From Phallusia mammillata (Eukaryota), in the NCBI GenBank assembly GCA_965637545.1, contig OZ281497.1, positions 20,708,001 through 20,772,000 on the forward strand: DNA of 64,000 nucleotides. The letters are read 5' to 3'. The stretch's first letter is position 1. Each line of letters starts with the position of its first letter. The notes beneath the pieces were generated by a model that was given only the letters and a program-made list of their open reading frames with translations, ran no database searches and was not told where the DNA came from. The position numbers were made by a program, and so were the translations under genes. Shown piece after piece: positions 33,201-45,988 of this stretch.

Positions 33201-36200
33201 AAAGATTTCCCAGTGTTTGGGTGGTTGAGCGATATCTTCCTGAAACTTTGGAGCTGCTTTCCAAAACAAAACAGGGCCCTGAAGAACATACAAGAAAAAT
33301 TGTGCAAATGCACACACTGGCTGCCAATTTTGTTGCCCAGTTGGGAAAAGTTGTTAATGAGAAATGTGCTGATGAATATGGTTACATACCAGCTTACAAC
33401 AAAATTTATTATGGAACAATAATAATAAGAGATACAACTAAAAATGAGTTCATGACAATTGAAGAGCTAATAAACTGAACATTTAACAAGTATCTTTCAA
33501 ACGTTGGCACAGTTTGTGGGTCTGAAGAAACAGAGGTTTGTCAAAATGCCCTTTGTTTGGCACATTTCAGTTTCCTTGTTAGCAACGAACAACTTCTGCT
33601 TACTGATACAGTGTGTACAACAAGCTTTTACTGACCAGAAATCGCTTCACCATCTCCTACAACGGAAAAAGGGACCTTATTGTTTTGCACTGGAAATTTA
33701 GCCACCAAAGCAATTGACTCATTTATTGCAAGCCACCAGTGTAATTAATATTGTTAACTGTTAGGGGTGTTTGTGAGTTTTTCGTTGTTAAACTTACAGT
33801 TTTATATTTCGTTTAATTTCAATTTTTATGATTAAGATATCTGTGCCTACATTGGTTTTCAGATACCACTCTATTAATATTGTTCTTTTGTTCACAATTT
33901 ATTTGCCTATTTATTTGCAGATCTTCATTACCTATGCTGTGTTATAGTACTGCAACCATCTTTTTTTACTTTTATCAGCCATGGTACAAATGCTAAACCA
34001 CATGGTGTTACCTTGCCATATCTGAATACCTTATTTGTGTCTTCACACCATGTCAATGTGTTACTTTGAAAACATGTTCACTTTCAATTCTAAAAAATAA
34101 AACATAAAAAAAACAATATAGACTGGTCACAAACTACAAGTTTTCATCTTCGCCAATGCTTTGCTTCAAAAACAAAAATGCATCAATACAGTTACAATTT
34201 TCGATCAACTTTGTATCTCCAATTTTGGATTGCATCAAAGTTCTTTTGTTTTCATTTAAGTAGTCCCTTGGAGCCTCCAGTACACCAGACAACTCAGCCA
34301 CTTGCTCCAATTGTCTTTCTGTCACTGTATTCTTAATACCATAATGCAGTTTCCATATCAGTCATACAAAATAGTTCCAACAAGTGCCTGCAAGTGGTAC
34401 TGAAAACTAGTTTTGTACCCCAACAGTCTAATGTTTTGGGTAATCCAATTCTAATATGGATACATCGACCAAAATATATTTAAATATGTACATAATCAAC
34501 TACAACTATGATCAAAAATGATGTGTTGAAACACATACCACATTCATGCAGTCCTGTGTAATTTGCTACTTGGGTTATAATGACTTTCATCTTTTAAAAA
34601 CGTAAACTCATTCCACCAACTTTCAATCTAAATGTCTTAAATATATAGGTTAGTTCAAATTTAGTTTCAACATAATGTTAAAATAACCGAACCTGATTTG
34701 CTGTAGATTTTCCATAAATACTGAGTCTGCTGGTTGTTCAAAATCCTTCAAGAAATGTGTGCATTGTAGCCATTACACCAGTCTCAGATCCCCTATCCAA
34801 TCTTATTTTTGAAGCAATTGTACGGCACTGATAAAGATTTTCAAGATACCACTGACCAACAAGTTTAGGGTCACAGTTGTCTGTCCACAGCTTTAACCAC
34901 AATAATTTTCTGCTGGCAGTGTCTATATCCATAAACAGCGAGTGGAGATTGTAACCTTAGTATTGTGTTTAACTTTCAGACAAGGAACCAGGTTACGTTA
35001 TCGGCGTGGGAAGGGCTGACATCACGGGACCCCCGGCGGACGCCAACATGGTATGATTCTTGAAAATGACTAATACGTTACTGTTTGTTATTGTTTACTG
35101 TTTTAAATTTTATATTCATTTGGTTTAACTGTTTAGGCAGTTTTATTATTGTTTTGTTTTACATTAGGAAAGTATAGCTCATGAGAAACATCGCTTTGAA
35201 ATGAGGCAAACTAATTTGTAATGCAAACCCACAAACCCATATATTTCTGCTCCAATTTTTTTTCAACGTTTCTAATTTGCACATCTGTCAACTATACATT
35301 ACTTTTTGGTGTACTTAGGCTGCTTGGTTATAATTATGGGCTTGATTAGTATACAACGACTGTATAAGGTCATCACTCAAAGGAGAGTAACTGACATTCC
35401 TGGACACACGCAACGCGCAACTGGTGTTTAAAGGATTATGGCTCCACCAATTGTGAAAAGCAGTAGTTATCGTTTTATTAACCTACAATCGCTTTTGTGT
35501 TTGGTATTGTTAAAAAAATACGACTTTTACATTCCAAAAACACATCGCAAAACCGTAATGTGAAAATGCAATTTAGCAGGAATGCAAGATAGGACAAATT
35601 CCACAGAAGCAAAATTTTACATCATCGCCAAAAACGCTAAATCTAATATAGTACAGCATTTGCCTCTATGACGAAAACCAATTTTCTGAATTGTTTTTGG
35701 TTGACTGGGGTTGAGAGCGTATAAGCAAATGGGCTAACTGTTTTTTGCGTGTTTCAGATGGGTTACGCAAATCCGAACCAAGTAGCAGGTGGAATTCATT
35801 TTCGCCAGTATTCAAGAGCTTTCGTGGTTGGCCAGGGCAGGAGCCGCGTCTTGTTCATCAACATCGATGCTTGCATGGGATCAATGCTCGTCAAACTGGA
35901 GGTAACCACTTGATTTTTTCACTCGAAGTAACACACTTGCTTTTGTACACAGTTCAATTGCATTGGTTTGCATCAAAGTTGTAAGTCGGGTTCGAACCGG
36001 GTTTAAGTGGGAGTTTAAATAAAGCGGGCTTAATTTGGGTCTGACTTCACCCTCAGCCTGGTTAATGCGGAAATTTCACCAACTTTTGGGTCTAATTTGG
36101 ACAAAATTTTAAGCTTTTAAAATTCGGGTTCGGGACGGGTTTACGCCGAGTTTATGATATTAAACGCTATAATGTTTCTGTGTCAAAATCTCGTGTTTTG

Positions 36201-39200
36201 TTAATCAATTCTCATGTGATCTAACATTATTCGATTACTGTTGTAAACAGTTCTATGGTTTATTCAGTAATAAACTTTCACGCTCAGTTTTCTATCTAGT
36301 AATAAACTTTATACGTGTTAATTTTCACAAGAAAGGGTAAAGTTAATAGTGTACATTACAAGTTATTCTGCAAATACAATTTGTCATTGTGGCACCCCCG
36401 ACCTTTACCCAACAGAGAAGGATTACAAAATAGTGACAAATCACCTCAGACAGATGTTCTGGCCCTAAAACTTTGGACCACGTTAAGATAATTTGCTTCT
36501 AATCCCTTGTAGGTCCTTAAAAAGTTAAAGCTGGTGTACGGGGATCTCTACAACGCCGAGAACGTTTGCATCAGTGGCACCCACACACATTCCGCGCCTG
36601 CAGGTAGGAGACACTAACACATATAGTGTTGTAAGTTGATGCCTTTGCCGACGACACGGCATATTGCATGCGATGAGCCTGATAAGAAGTAACAAGAATG
36701 TGCCAAACGAGGGCCACTGTGACATACAGATCAAGCACATGTTTGCAGAGAGGTTGCGGTCCAACTTGCGACTGTTTGACTTGAGTCAGCGGTTAAAACT
36801 TTCATTTTAAGCATGGATTTGGCCCTAAACTTCTCAACTTAAATGTATTGAAATTGCAGTAAACTAGTAAAAGATTCACGAGGGCCTTTGTTTTCATCTG
36901 TAATAAGAGCGCCAACCACGAAGTATTAAAAAAATGTGACAATTTTGTGCGTGACTAAGTGCATCCAGTTTTGAAACTAAACTGACAAAGTAGATATAAC
37001 AACAAACTCCTACAACACACACCACTGTAAATAAACCTGACAACAATACATGGAACAGTGTGTCTGACTATAGTTCATGCTCAGCATTATAAATACCTAT
37101 TGTTTGTTTTGTTTATATTTTCTAATTATGCCATCTTGTTTTAAAGCGTTGTTTTAGGCTTCATTAGCTTGCACAAAGTATTTTTAATTTATGTGTCAGT
37201 ATATATGAGCAAAAGAGCTCTGAAAGCAATGGTTTTAGGTCTGGTGTTGCCATATTAAACATTGCCATCAATAGACATATACTTCCCCACATAATAACCA
37301 TCTAGATCAGGGGTTCTTAACCAGGGGTGCACGCACCCCCAAGGGGTGCGAGAACTGTTTCTAGGGGGTGCGGGGATACTGAATCATTGAGGTTGGTTAG
37401 GTCTATTCTATTTAAGCAATAACAGAAGGGGGAGCGAAAATTGGTTGGTGATTTGAAAGGGGGTGCGAAAATTGGTTGGTGATTTGAAAGGGGTGCAGCA
37501 AGGAAAAAAGGTTAAGAACCACTGATCTAGATGAACATACGTGTTTAATGAATGTCGCAATGGACACCTTCCATCCGTTTGTTGATAAAGCGGCTTTTCC
37601 TGGAACAATTGGGAAAGTATCGTTGTTGCTCATGATGCGCCCTGTTAGAAGGAAATATAAACACGAGATGCTAATGAACGCATTTACGTCCACACAGGCG
37701 GCCTGTGGTGTTTGTGACGGAATATATGATAAATAAATTTGAATGGCGGGCGAATAGCATATATGCTGGCATAGTTTGAAACGTATCGACTTGTAATGTT
37801 GTCTAAAACTGCATATGTTAACTGTTGCCCTGTTAGAGGAAATATAGACACGACATGCATCTGATCGTATTTTTGTCTAAATAGGCGACTTATGGTACCT
37901 GTAATGGAATACATGGCACATAGATTTGATTTTTGAGCGATACGCACATTTTGAAACACATACATTTGTACTGTAGTCTGAAACTGTGTTCAAGCAAAAA
38001 ATCAGCAATCAGATACCTAGGTTTTGTTGCTGGGCGCGTTAAAGCGAGGTAAGACCTTTTAAATTCGTAACTAATGTATTTTTGTTGTGTACAGGCTTTC
38101 TCCAAGACGTGCTCTTTCAAATCACCTCAATGGGCTACGTACCGGAGACGCTCAACGCAATGGTGGACGGCATTGTTGAGGTGAATTTTTTGGTTTGTGA
38201 CGTCACCATGACGTGATTTTGTTGAATGGCCATCACGAGACACGCGGCATGATCGTAGTATATAGTTGCACTATAAACGTCCATTCGTATCTACAATAGC
38301 CTCCAAACATTACCTCATCTGTTGTTAATGGCTGGGGTGGAGTGGCCTCTTATGGACTTTTTGACGCTTGCCGAGGTTTTTCGGCCGCGCATATTTTTGT
38401 TGTTTTGGAGAATAGGGATGTTTGGTTTTGCGTAGCTTAGGCGAGACGCCTTCTTAATGGTGACTTGATCTTGGGAATTTGGTTCGCAGAGGCAAACTGT
38501 AGCACTTTTAAAAATTCTCTAGGTCTTATGTATTCTACCATCTACTTTCATTAGTGAACAGAAGACACGTTCACTTAAATAAAAGCTACTTTTTACTTAA
38601 TGTTTGACAAAATTCACGCAATCATCTAACTTGGTCCAGTTTGGATGAAATTAGCTTTCTGTTTCTGTTGTCACATCTTGTGGAACAGAAACATGCCCCA
38701 TCATTTACGTTGGCAAATTTTCGTTTAATCTTTGTGCGTTATATATGCGGTCTCTTTTACAACGTTCTGAATACACTGTTCTCTTTTTCGTTCAGCAAAC
38801 ACGAAGGACTATCAGTTGGCAACGCCCTTGACAGCTTTATTTCGGCTGATCAATGGAACGGGTTTGTCAATGTTAACGCCTTTGTTTTTTTCTTCCACAC
38901 AGAGCGTGAGGATCGCCCACGACAACTTGGCACCTGGTCACATTCTGATTAACAAGGGAGAACTATTGGATTCCAACATCAACCGAAGTCCATCCGCTTA
39001 CCTTAACAATCCGGAAAGTGAAAGAAAAAGGTGAGATTATCAGATCGTGGTGTCTACGTAAAGTTAAACAGGAGTTTGATTTTAATTGAATAGGTATGGC
39101 TAAAATTTAAACCTGTGGGATGCAGTTATGACCCTGAGAGGAGCCTAGATGCTTATACATTTTTTCTATGTGACGATGTGCAGCCACCATTAAGGTTTTG

Positions 39201-42200
39201 GGACAAAAAACGTATACACTATTCCACGTTCAGATGTTGATGATTTAACTACACAAATTTGTACAACTTAACAGTTGCATTGGATAGCTTTGTTAGTTGG
39301 AAATACGATAGGTTTGGCCATTGAAGTTCCCGAAACAAGTAATTTTAATGCGTTTTAAAGGAGTTTGTTTTTTACTTCAATAGACAGGTCTGAAATTTGA
39401 AACTGTTTTACACGGTCATGACCATAAAGGCGCCTAGATTAGACATATTTTTGTCATACGTCCACAGCCACCATTAACTCAATGCTTTTGTGGCACAAAA
39501 ACGTATCAACTGTTTCACGATCAAATGTATCGTGCTTTTTGGCCTATTAACTGAATGACCTTCGGATATCGTCTTTGATTAAATCACTTCGATTTACATT
39601 GAGCATTTTGCCACATGTTGCATGATTGTGTCTACGATATGTTCTCATGGGAAATGAAATTGGCAGTGTTGCTGGAAGACTCCAGGGAGGGGAGGCGTAT
39701 GTAGGGAACGTTCCATTGAAAACACTGGCCGCGTTATATTTCGGGTTTTTATTTAGGAATGGTTAGGCCATACACTAACGTAAAATCTTCAGCGTTTTAT
39801 AACCTGAATGCTAGATATGCATTAATAAAAAGGTTCAAGCAAAAATACAACAAATGGAGTAATTGTCTAAAGATTACACAAAATTGAACTGTGTATTCGA
39901 TAGCTAGCCAAAACAAATGCCGGTGACTTTTGCTGCCACGCAATTCTTTGTTAGCTAAAAAAGATTATCAAAAACTGCAATTGCCTTTTTTCTATTCGAT
40001 TACTGGGCTTTACTTTCAGACTTTAAAAGTTGCAATTTCCATGCCTCTTCTTGGTATAAGTCCAATACATTTGTCAAAGGGGTCGTTTAACCCACTCTCA
40101 AACGGACAATGTTTGGTATATCAATAGCGATTACTTTGGTACTGAATGCTTTACTATTGGAGTAAAGAACAATTTGCGTTTTCTGCAGCCTGCAAAAGCT
40201 TGGACTCGTGTGCGCATCAAGCGGAACTCTTCTTATAACCTATGGTTGTTTTTAGGTACGCATACAATGTGGACAAGGAAATGACTTTGTTGAAGTTTGT
40301 TGACAAGGACGGTCGAGGTAAGAATCCACTACTTTATTGCAATCTAATTTTCCACGCAACTTTAATTTTCATCACATTGAAGTTAGTATGTGTTATAATT
40401 TCTGTCTTACAATATTGACCCGAATTCGGATTCAGCATTTTGTTTTTAGCGTAATATTTGTGTTTGTGCCTTCAGGTGTCGGAATGATCAACTGGTTTGC
40501 CGTTCACTGCACAAGCATGAACAACAGCAATTCACTTATTAGCGGAGACAACAAGGGTGAGTATGAATATGCTAAAAAATAGTTTCTGTACGATGGTAAT
40601 AAAACCAGTCGCTTACTAATTAGCCCAACCATTTTTAAATGTAACAAATCGTCCAACTTCTTGGTTTCGCTTCCTTATTTTCGTAAATTGGTAGAACGAT
40701 CGCCAAGCCAACCAGGAATGTTTCACTGAAGACAAGGAAATCTAAGATAAATTGATCTTGTGAACTCAGTTTCAGATTCAAACTAATTTTTTGAACTTTT
40801 TTTAGGCTACGCTGAGTTGTTGTTTGAGCAAGCCATGGATCCTGATTCTCTTCCTGGTGATAGCAACTTCGTGGCTGCCTTCGCACAAAGCAATGAAGGC
40901 GATGTCTCACCGAACACTAGAGGGCCTCATTGCATAGACACAGGTGGGCCGATGTGGATGTAGGCGTGTTTTGATTTAATCTGTGTGGATAAAACTGTGC
41001 GGGTGTTGTGTTGATTGGTGGCAACAAAAGGCTAATGTTTACAGTATCAGTATCCATCTAAAAAGAGTGGCAAACCAAAAACCCAACCTGAAGGCCTGTG
41101 CTATAGGGACCTGGAAAGAAAAAATGATTATAATGCCTGTTAATGCACACGCCAATGAGACACTCTAGCTTAGACTTTGGTGAATCAAAAATGTACGAAC
41201 AAATATTCGAACAACTTGTGAAAATTAATTGAATGACAAAAACAATCAGCTTGAATCTATAGTTCGAGTGTAAACCTTTTTGTTTTCGTCAGGTTTGCCC
41301 TGTGACAACCTGCACAGCACATGCAACGGCAAAGTTCAAAACTGCATCGCATCAGGACCTGGGAAGGACATGTTTGAGAGCACCAAAATTATTGCCAACA
41401 ACCAGTTTCACAAAGCTATGGTAGGTTTATTTTGTGTGAGTGTTTTATCAGGAATTTGGCATTTAAACAAACAAAGAATGTGGCCGAAGGAATCTATATA
41501 AAGCGGTGCCATAAAAGATTAAAAACTAACGAAGAGAACTGGCGTGTCTGTAGGGTTAAACTTTGTCAGGTTGTTACTTTTTGGTGTATAGTAAATTCCG
41601 TTATTGCCAAGAACAATTCATCTCACATTTTGTCTTCTGTCATAAAGTGGGGTGGCAAAGAGGTCCTCAATTCGATTTTCCAAACGCAATAACTTGTGAC
41701 TTTACCCAAAATACTTGGTAAACCAACGTTGTTTCTCATATAGGATCTTTACAACAACGCTTCCCTGATGGTGGAAGGGCCAGTGGTGGCTGTTCACCAG
41801 TACGTCGACATGACCAACCAATCAGTGGACATCAATTCGACACACACTTCGCGGACTTGCAAGCCGGCAATGGGATTCAGTTTTGCCGCCGGCACCACTG
41901 ATGGACCTGGGGCATTCGACTTCAAACAGGGAGATAAAACGGGAAACGCCTTCTGGAAATTAATAGGTGGCTTCCTTCATTCGCCGAGCCAAGAGCAAAA
42001 AGATTGTCATTACCCGAAACCCATACTACTTGATACTGGGGAGGTATGTAAAGTATGAAAGCGTGTTACTTAAGGTCGCGAACCTTGTGAAGGCTTTACC
42101 GGTCACCGCGATCGGCGTTTTGCTAAAAGGGCGACTTGGAAGAAGGAATTAACAATATTAAACGTTTTTAAAATACCACATATTTTAAATGGCATATAAC

Positions 42201-43994
42201 GTGTGCGAAACAAACGCACTGTAAACTCCCTTGCGTGTCACCCAGGTAGCAGAAAGCCCGTTTGTACCGCAGGTCCCACATGTGATTGGTCATGCAGTGT
42301 TTTTTTGTTTATTGTTGAAGGCCTAACCTAACCTTCACTTTCGCATTTCCAGATGAAAAGACCGTACTCGTGGCAACCCGACGTGGTAGACACTCAACTT
42401 ATAAGGATAGGACAGCTACTGATATCAGCTGTGCCAGGGGAGTTTACAACGATGTCCGGAAGGCGACTCAACGAGGGTGTTTTGAAGGTGGGGACTCCTA
42501 CAATAAATTTGCTTACACACGTATAGGGTCTGCACATGTTTTTCTGGACTTGTTGACTTAGGTATTGAAGTTGATTACTGACTAACGTTATTTTTTTAAT
42601 CATTGGTTTTTGTTTAAGACTTTCGCTCAAGTTTTTCCCAACGAGAAGTTCGAAACGGTGATTGCTGGACTCGCAAACACTTACTCCGACTACATCGCCA
42701 CGTTCGAAGAATATCACGTGAGTAGGATCACCCAATAGCATTCCCAGCTTAATCCACGTTGTACAAGTGATACGATTGGAGCAAAATTTACGACACTCAT
42801 TTTGCCTTGCAGGTCCAGAGGTACGAAGGTGCATCGACAATATACGGACCACTTACGCTGCAGGCATACGTTCAACAGTACAAGAAACTGGCTCTCGCTT
42901 CTGCCAAGGTGCGATGCGTGTGTATGTATTAACCTTCGACACTTACACCAATTTGTCTCGAAAAAAGCTTTAGCGGTGTTTTTAACTGAGACAACACGAC
43001 AACCCAGATCATTTGTGGTTGTTTGAGTATATTTAATACTTTGTCGTTTTCCAGAATATTCCGCTTTCGCAAGAAACGCAAGCTAAAGACATTAAGGACA
43101 ATTTGTGGTCTTTGTTGCCTGGAGTTGTTCACGACAGATCAGGAACTTTCCGTTCAATGGGCGATGTTCTTAAGGATGTCAACGAATCTTATTCACCAGT
43201 AAGTAGGATAATAATGAAGACTAAATTTGGCACCTTTAGTGAATATTTCATTTGTTGGCAATTATACATTAATTGTATTTGCTCCCTGAAACCAATAGCT
43301 CTTGATAAAATTTCATGTCTTTTACGTTTTAGGGCGACACCGTATCAGTCGAATTTCAAGCTGGAAATCCAAGAAATAGTCCTACGGTAATAATGGCAAC
43401 ATCTTTTTTGCTTTCTGACAAGTTGCATTTCATTTAGAACGTCTTTGGTTTATTGCAGAACAACATCACATTCTTGACCATTGAGCGTGAATTGGAAGAC
43501 GGAACATGGCAAGTTGTTCGCACTGATTCGTCTTGGGACACCAAGTGAGTGTTTTTGGAGTTGGTATAAAATGAACTGAAATTTATAAAGTAGACTCTCC
43601 GTACAAATACACTAAATCAGTAAAAATTGGTCCGTAAAAATAGGAGAATTTGGGCAGTAAAATCGGACTTTTTGATCGTTCTATTTGATAAGGTCGTGAG
43701 AAAAACCTTTATTCTTAAAAATGGTCATTGAATGTATGGCTCCAGGTTTTTGATTTGGGTTTTGATTACCTGTCAATTATAATATCGTTTGATGCTTGTT
43801 TCAGGTACATTTGGACGCGCACATCCACATTTTGGGCCCTGAGCGAGGTCAAGATAACATGGGACATTGGTCCCGACACTCCAAGTGGCCACTACCGAAT
43901 TAACCACCACGGACACTACAAGAGCATAACTCAGTACGTTTACCCGTACAGCGGGCATTCTAAAGTTTTTCAAGTGGTCCAATCGCCATCTTAG
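24222..43994 (+). CDS. ASAH2: Neutral ceramidase, 22 coding exons, ~1057 aa, type II membrane form with long cytosolic tail and mucin stalk
   Basis: Exons 24222-24630, 25156-25302, 26207-26299, 26438-26581, 27193-27540, 34980-35050, 35758-35901, 36513-36603, 38095-38180, 38903-39030, 40256-40317, 40476-40556, 40806-40943, 41293-41420, 41744-42043, 42353-42487, 42619-42717, 42813-42908, 43055-43198, 43333-43386, 43459-43544, 43805-43994 are all phase-compatible (3174 nt). Motifs: YVIGVGRADITG, MGYA, GTHTHSAP, NINRSP, AVHCTSM, EGDVSPN, GFSFAAGTTDGPG, PGEFTTMSGRR, QRYEGAST. Catalytic exons are near certain; the five N-terminal exons are less so. Confidence 0.93.
25918..26152. mobile_element. hAT (Buster/Charlie-type) MITE
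   Basis: TIR CAGGGGTCGGCAACC / GGTTGCCGACCACTG; exact 8-bp TSD AATTAGGG (25910-25917, 26153-26160). Confidence 0.92.
31548..31837. mobile_element. hAT (Buster/Charlie-type) MITE, right end lost
   Basis: Starts CAGGGGTGGGCAACC with internal GCGGGCCGCA motifs like the 48104 element; breaks off at TATGGTGGCC with no matching right TIR. Confidence 0.75.
31860..32190 (+). repeat. 18-bp minisatellite (AAAACGCAAATCAAAATG)n
   Basis: Direct tandem copies with variant units (AAAACG/AATACA); explains the repetitive ORFs at 31847-32315. Confidence 0.95.
32540..33770 (+). pseudogene. Alpha-kinase (MHCK/eEF2K/TRPM7-type atypical kinase) pseudogene
   Basis: IEEEKFGEGGFRRAFK (Gly-rich loop), WVVERY, KIVQMHTLAANF, YNKIYYG, MTIEELI, FNKYLSN, ALCLAHFS, PEIAS, LFCTGNL and terminal HQCNxYCxLLG zinc motif, interrupted by stops and frameshifts. 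Confidence 0.88.
34134..34960 (-). pseudogene. DDE integrase-fold transposase pseudogene (IS3/IS481-like) with one intron
   Basis: PLAVYG/IDTASRKLLWL (Asp1), IRLDRGSETG (Asp2), IYGKSTANQ|IESWW (Glu), split by a GT-AG intron at 34692-34628; C-terminal TERQLEQVAELSGVLE. Confidence 0.85.
37308..37524. mobile_element. hAT (Buster/Charlie-type) MITE
   Basis: TIR CAGGGGTTCTTAACC / GGTTAAGAACCACTG; exact palindromic 8-bp TSD ATCTAGAT (37300-37307, 37525-37532); internal ~31-bp tandem duplication. Confidence 0.93.
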
Positions 43995-45918
43995 CACCAC
44001 TTAGTAACCAAAATGCTATTTGCTGTTCCGGAGCAAGGAGAGCAGAAATGTCCGGACTGGCACAGGATAGATAATCCCGTATCTGGCCCAGCTTGTAGAC
44101 GCCGGCGTACCTGCAAGGTGCCATTAACTGCTACAAGCTTGAACGCGATTGTTTTCAATAAGAGTTTGCAATTGATGGTTTTTGTTGCGCGCTGACACGT
44201 TTTCTTGGTTTAAGTCAAGCTTTTTTTGTGAGAATAAGAATGCTTGATTGGCTTGACTTGGTGATACGGTTTGTGCAACTTGAGTACTTTTGAAAAACAT
44301 ATTTGTCAATTATTTTTACCAGGTTGGATTTACATCATCTATTTATTCTGTATTTTTGGTTTTGGTGTACGTTAAAAACCTGTACAATCTCTGTTTATTT
44401 ATATGGCCAAAGTTCAAATTTCCCTTATTTTAACGTACATTACACGAAATATGTACTTCAAATCAGCGTACTCTGCCCGCGCTTCACTTTCGTTGAAAAA
44501 AATTCAGCAAACAATTTTTTTGACAAAATTCAGTGTCTGACTTCAGTTTGAGCATCTCATGTTTTCGGTACACTTACCGACATTTCACTTTTAGGTGCTG
44601 TTGCCTTTAATCTCTTTAATCCGATGTTCAATGCTTGAAAGGTCTTAAACGTTGTAAGAATGCGCTGCACCATATGTTTCCCTTATGCCGAACTACAACA
44701 TTATTCTGCACATTTTTGGCAAAATTGTCCAATTTGTTCGTGTTGATCATATTTATTATATTTTTAAACCTGAATGAATTTCTTCATACTATTGATACAT
44801 ATTTATCAAACAATGATCATAGGTTCATGATTAACTGCTTTATAACTGCAAAGTAAGGCTCAGACTTTTCAATAGAACAATTCCCTTACTTTCGTGCCCC
44901 CAGCCCTATACTTTTTTGCAATATCCTATTACATTAGGGTGATATTCTGCCTGTTTGTTTCGTTTTATACTGCTGCTAGTCGTGCTGTTGTTGTTTCTTA
45001 GGCAATTGTATAATTTATTCGCGTAATCATGTCGTTGTCAGAAGCGTCGCCATGACGACCGCTAGAGGGAAGCGGTCCGATGCGTCGTGTTGCTTGAGCA
45101 ACTTTCTGGCGTTTGTTTGTAACAGCCATTTGGGGATTTGAATTGGTTGCACCCTTAGTTTATGCCAAAAGACTGGATAAAAGCGTCCATTTGCATTTGT
45201 CTTTATTCCAAAAAATCCAACTTTTTAAGAACACAAACCTCAACAACAAACAACATCTCATAGAAAAATTGTTCTGCATTACTATGTGCTTGTATTTTTT
45301 TCGCTTCAGAGACCCACTTTTGGTGATCCGTAACGTGGTATCCAACATAGCAGCATTTTAGTTCCAGAAGTCGGTGTCGGTATAAACCGCCTTGGTTTTG
45401 TCCTGTTTGCTTTTGCGTCACCTTTGTAGGTACTACATTTTCTCACTCTATTTTGAATGCTGCCGGATGTTTATGTAATGTTGAGTAAGTTATACGTTAC
45501 ATGCTCACTCGGTTCGGCAGGAAAAACACTCCCAGTATCCTGTTTAGATCGCACTTTGTCTTCATCCCATCAGAATCCCGATTTGCTTACAACTATTCGA
45601 CTTGTTCACTGTTGTCACTGTGCTTGTATTTGTGTGTTACAAAGTTTCTATTTTGTTCGTGGACAGAAAAGCAACAAGAAACAGTGAAGTGTAAAGTTGG
45701 CGGCTTTTAAAATGCCTTCCTGGTGTAAAACTCTATAGTGCTAGACGCCAATTCAATCAGCTCACTGTTGCTTTTGCACGATGTCTTGTGTGTAGAGATT
45801 TTTGATAATAAAACAGCGCTGCTTAATGAAGTGTCTTAATCTGTAGGCCTATAGTTTATTGGTAAACAACAGCCAAAGAAAATACCGAACAAGCGTTTCG
45901 TCCACCAGGTTGCATATT

Positions 45919-45988
45919 TAACAAAATTGTCGTTCAACTGGTGTAATGTTAACAAAAGCATTACACCAGTTGAACGACAAATTTGTTA
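45919..45988. repeat. 70-nt near-perfect hairpin
   Basis: Arms 45919-45948 and 45959-45988 (29 of 30 bp paired; core TTGTCGTTCAACTGGTGTAATG perfect) with a 10-nt loop. Confidence 0.9.

Larger units (their letters stand above)
31838..34960. mobile_element. Decayed IS3-like (IS3EU-type) DDE transposon carrying an alpha-kinase gene; right end missing
   Basis: Candidate terminus TATGGTGGCC, with GTGGCC...TGCCA repeated at 32210 and 32276 and a subterminal minisatellite, followed by convergent alpha-kinase (+) and DDE integrase (-) pseudogenes. Superfamily and left boundary are inferred. Confidence 0.65.

Noticed and set aside
35985-36150. tRNA or tRNA-derived SINE (GGTTCGAACC box B-like)
   Set aside because: No box A or cloverleaf; looks like GGGTTCGGG-type subterminal repeats of a decayed DNA element.
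45160-45421. THAP-like or other small coding region on the minus strand
   Set aside because: Cys/His spacing and conserved THAP residues are not present; no splice-supported extension.
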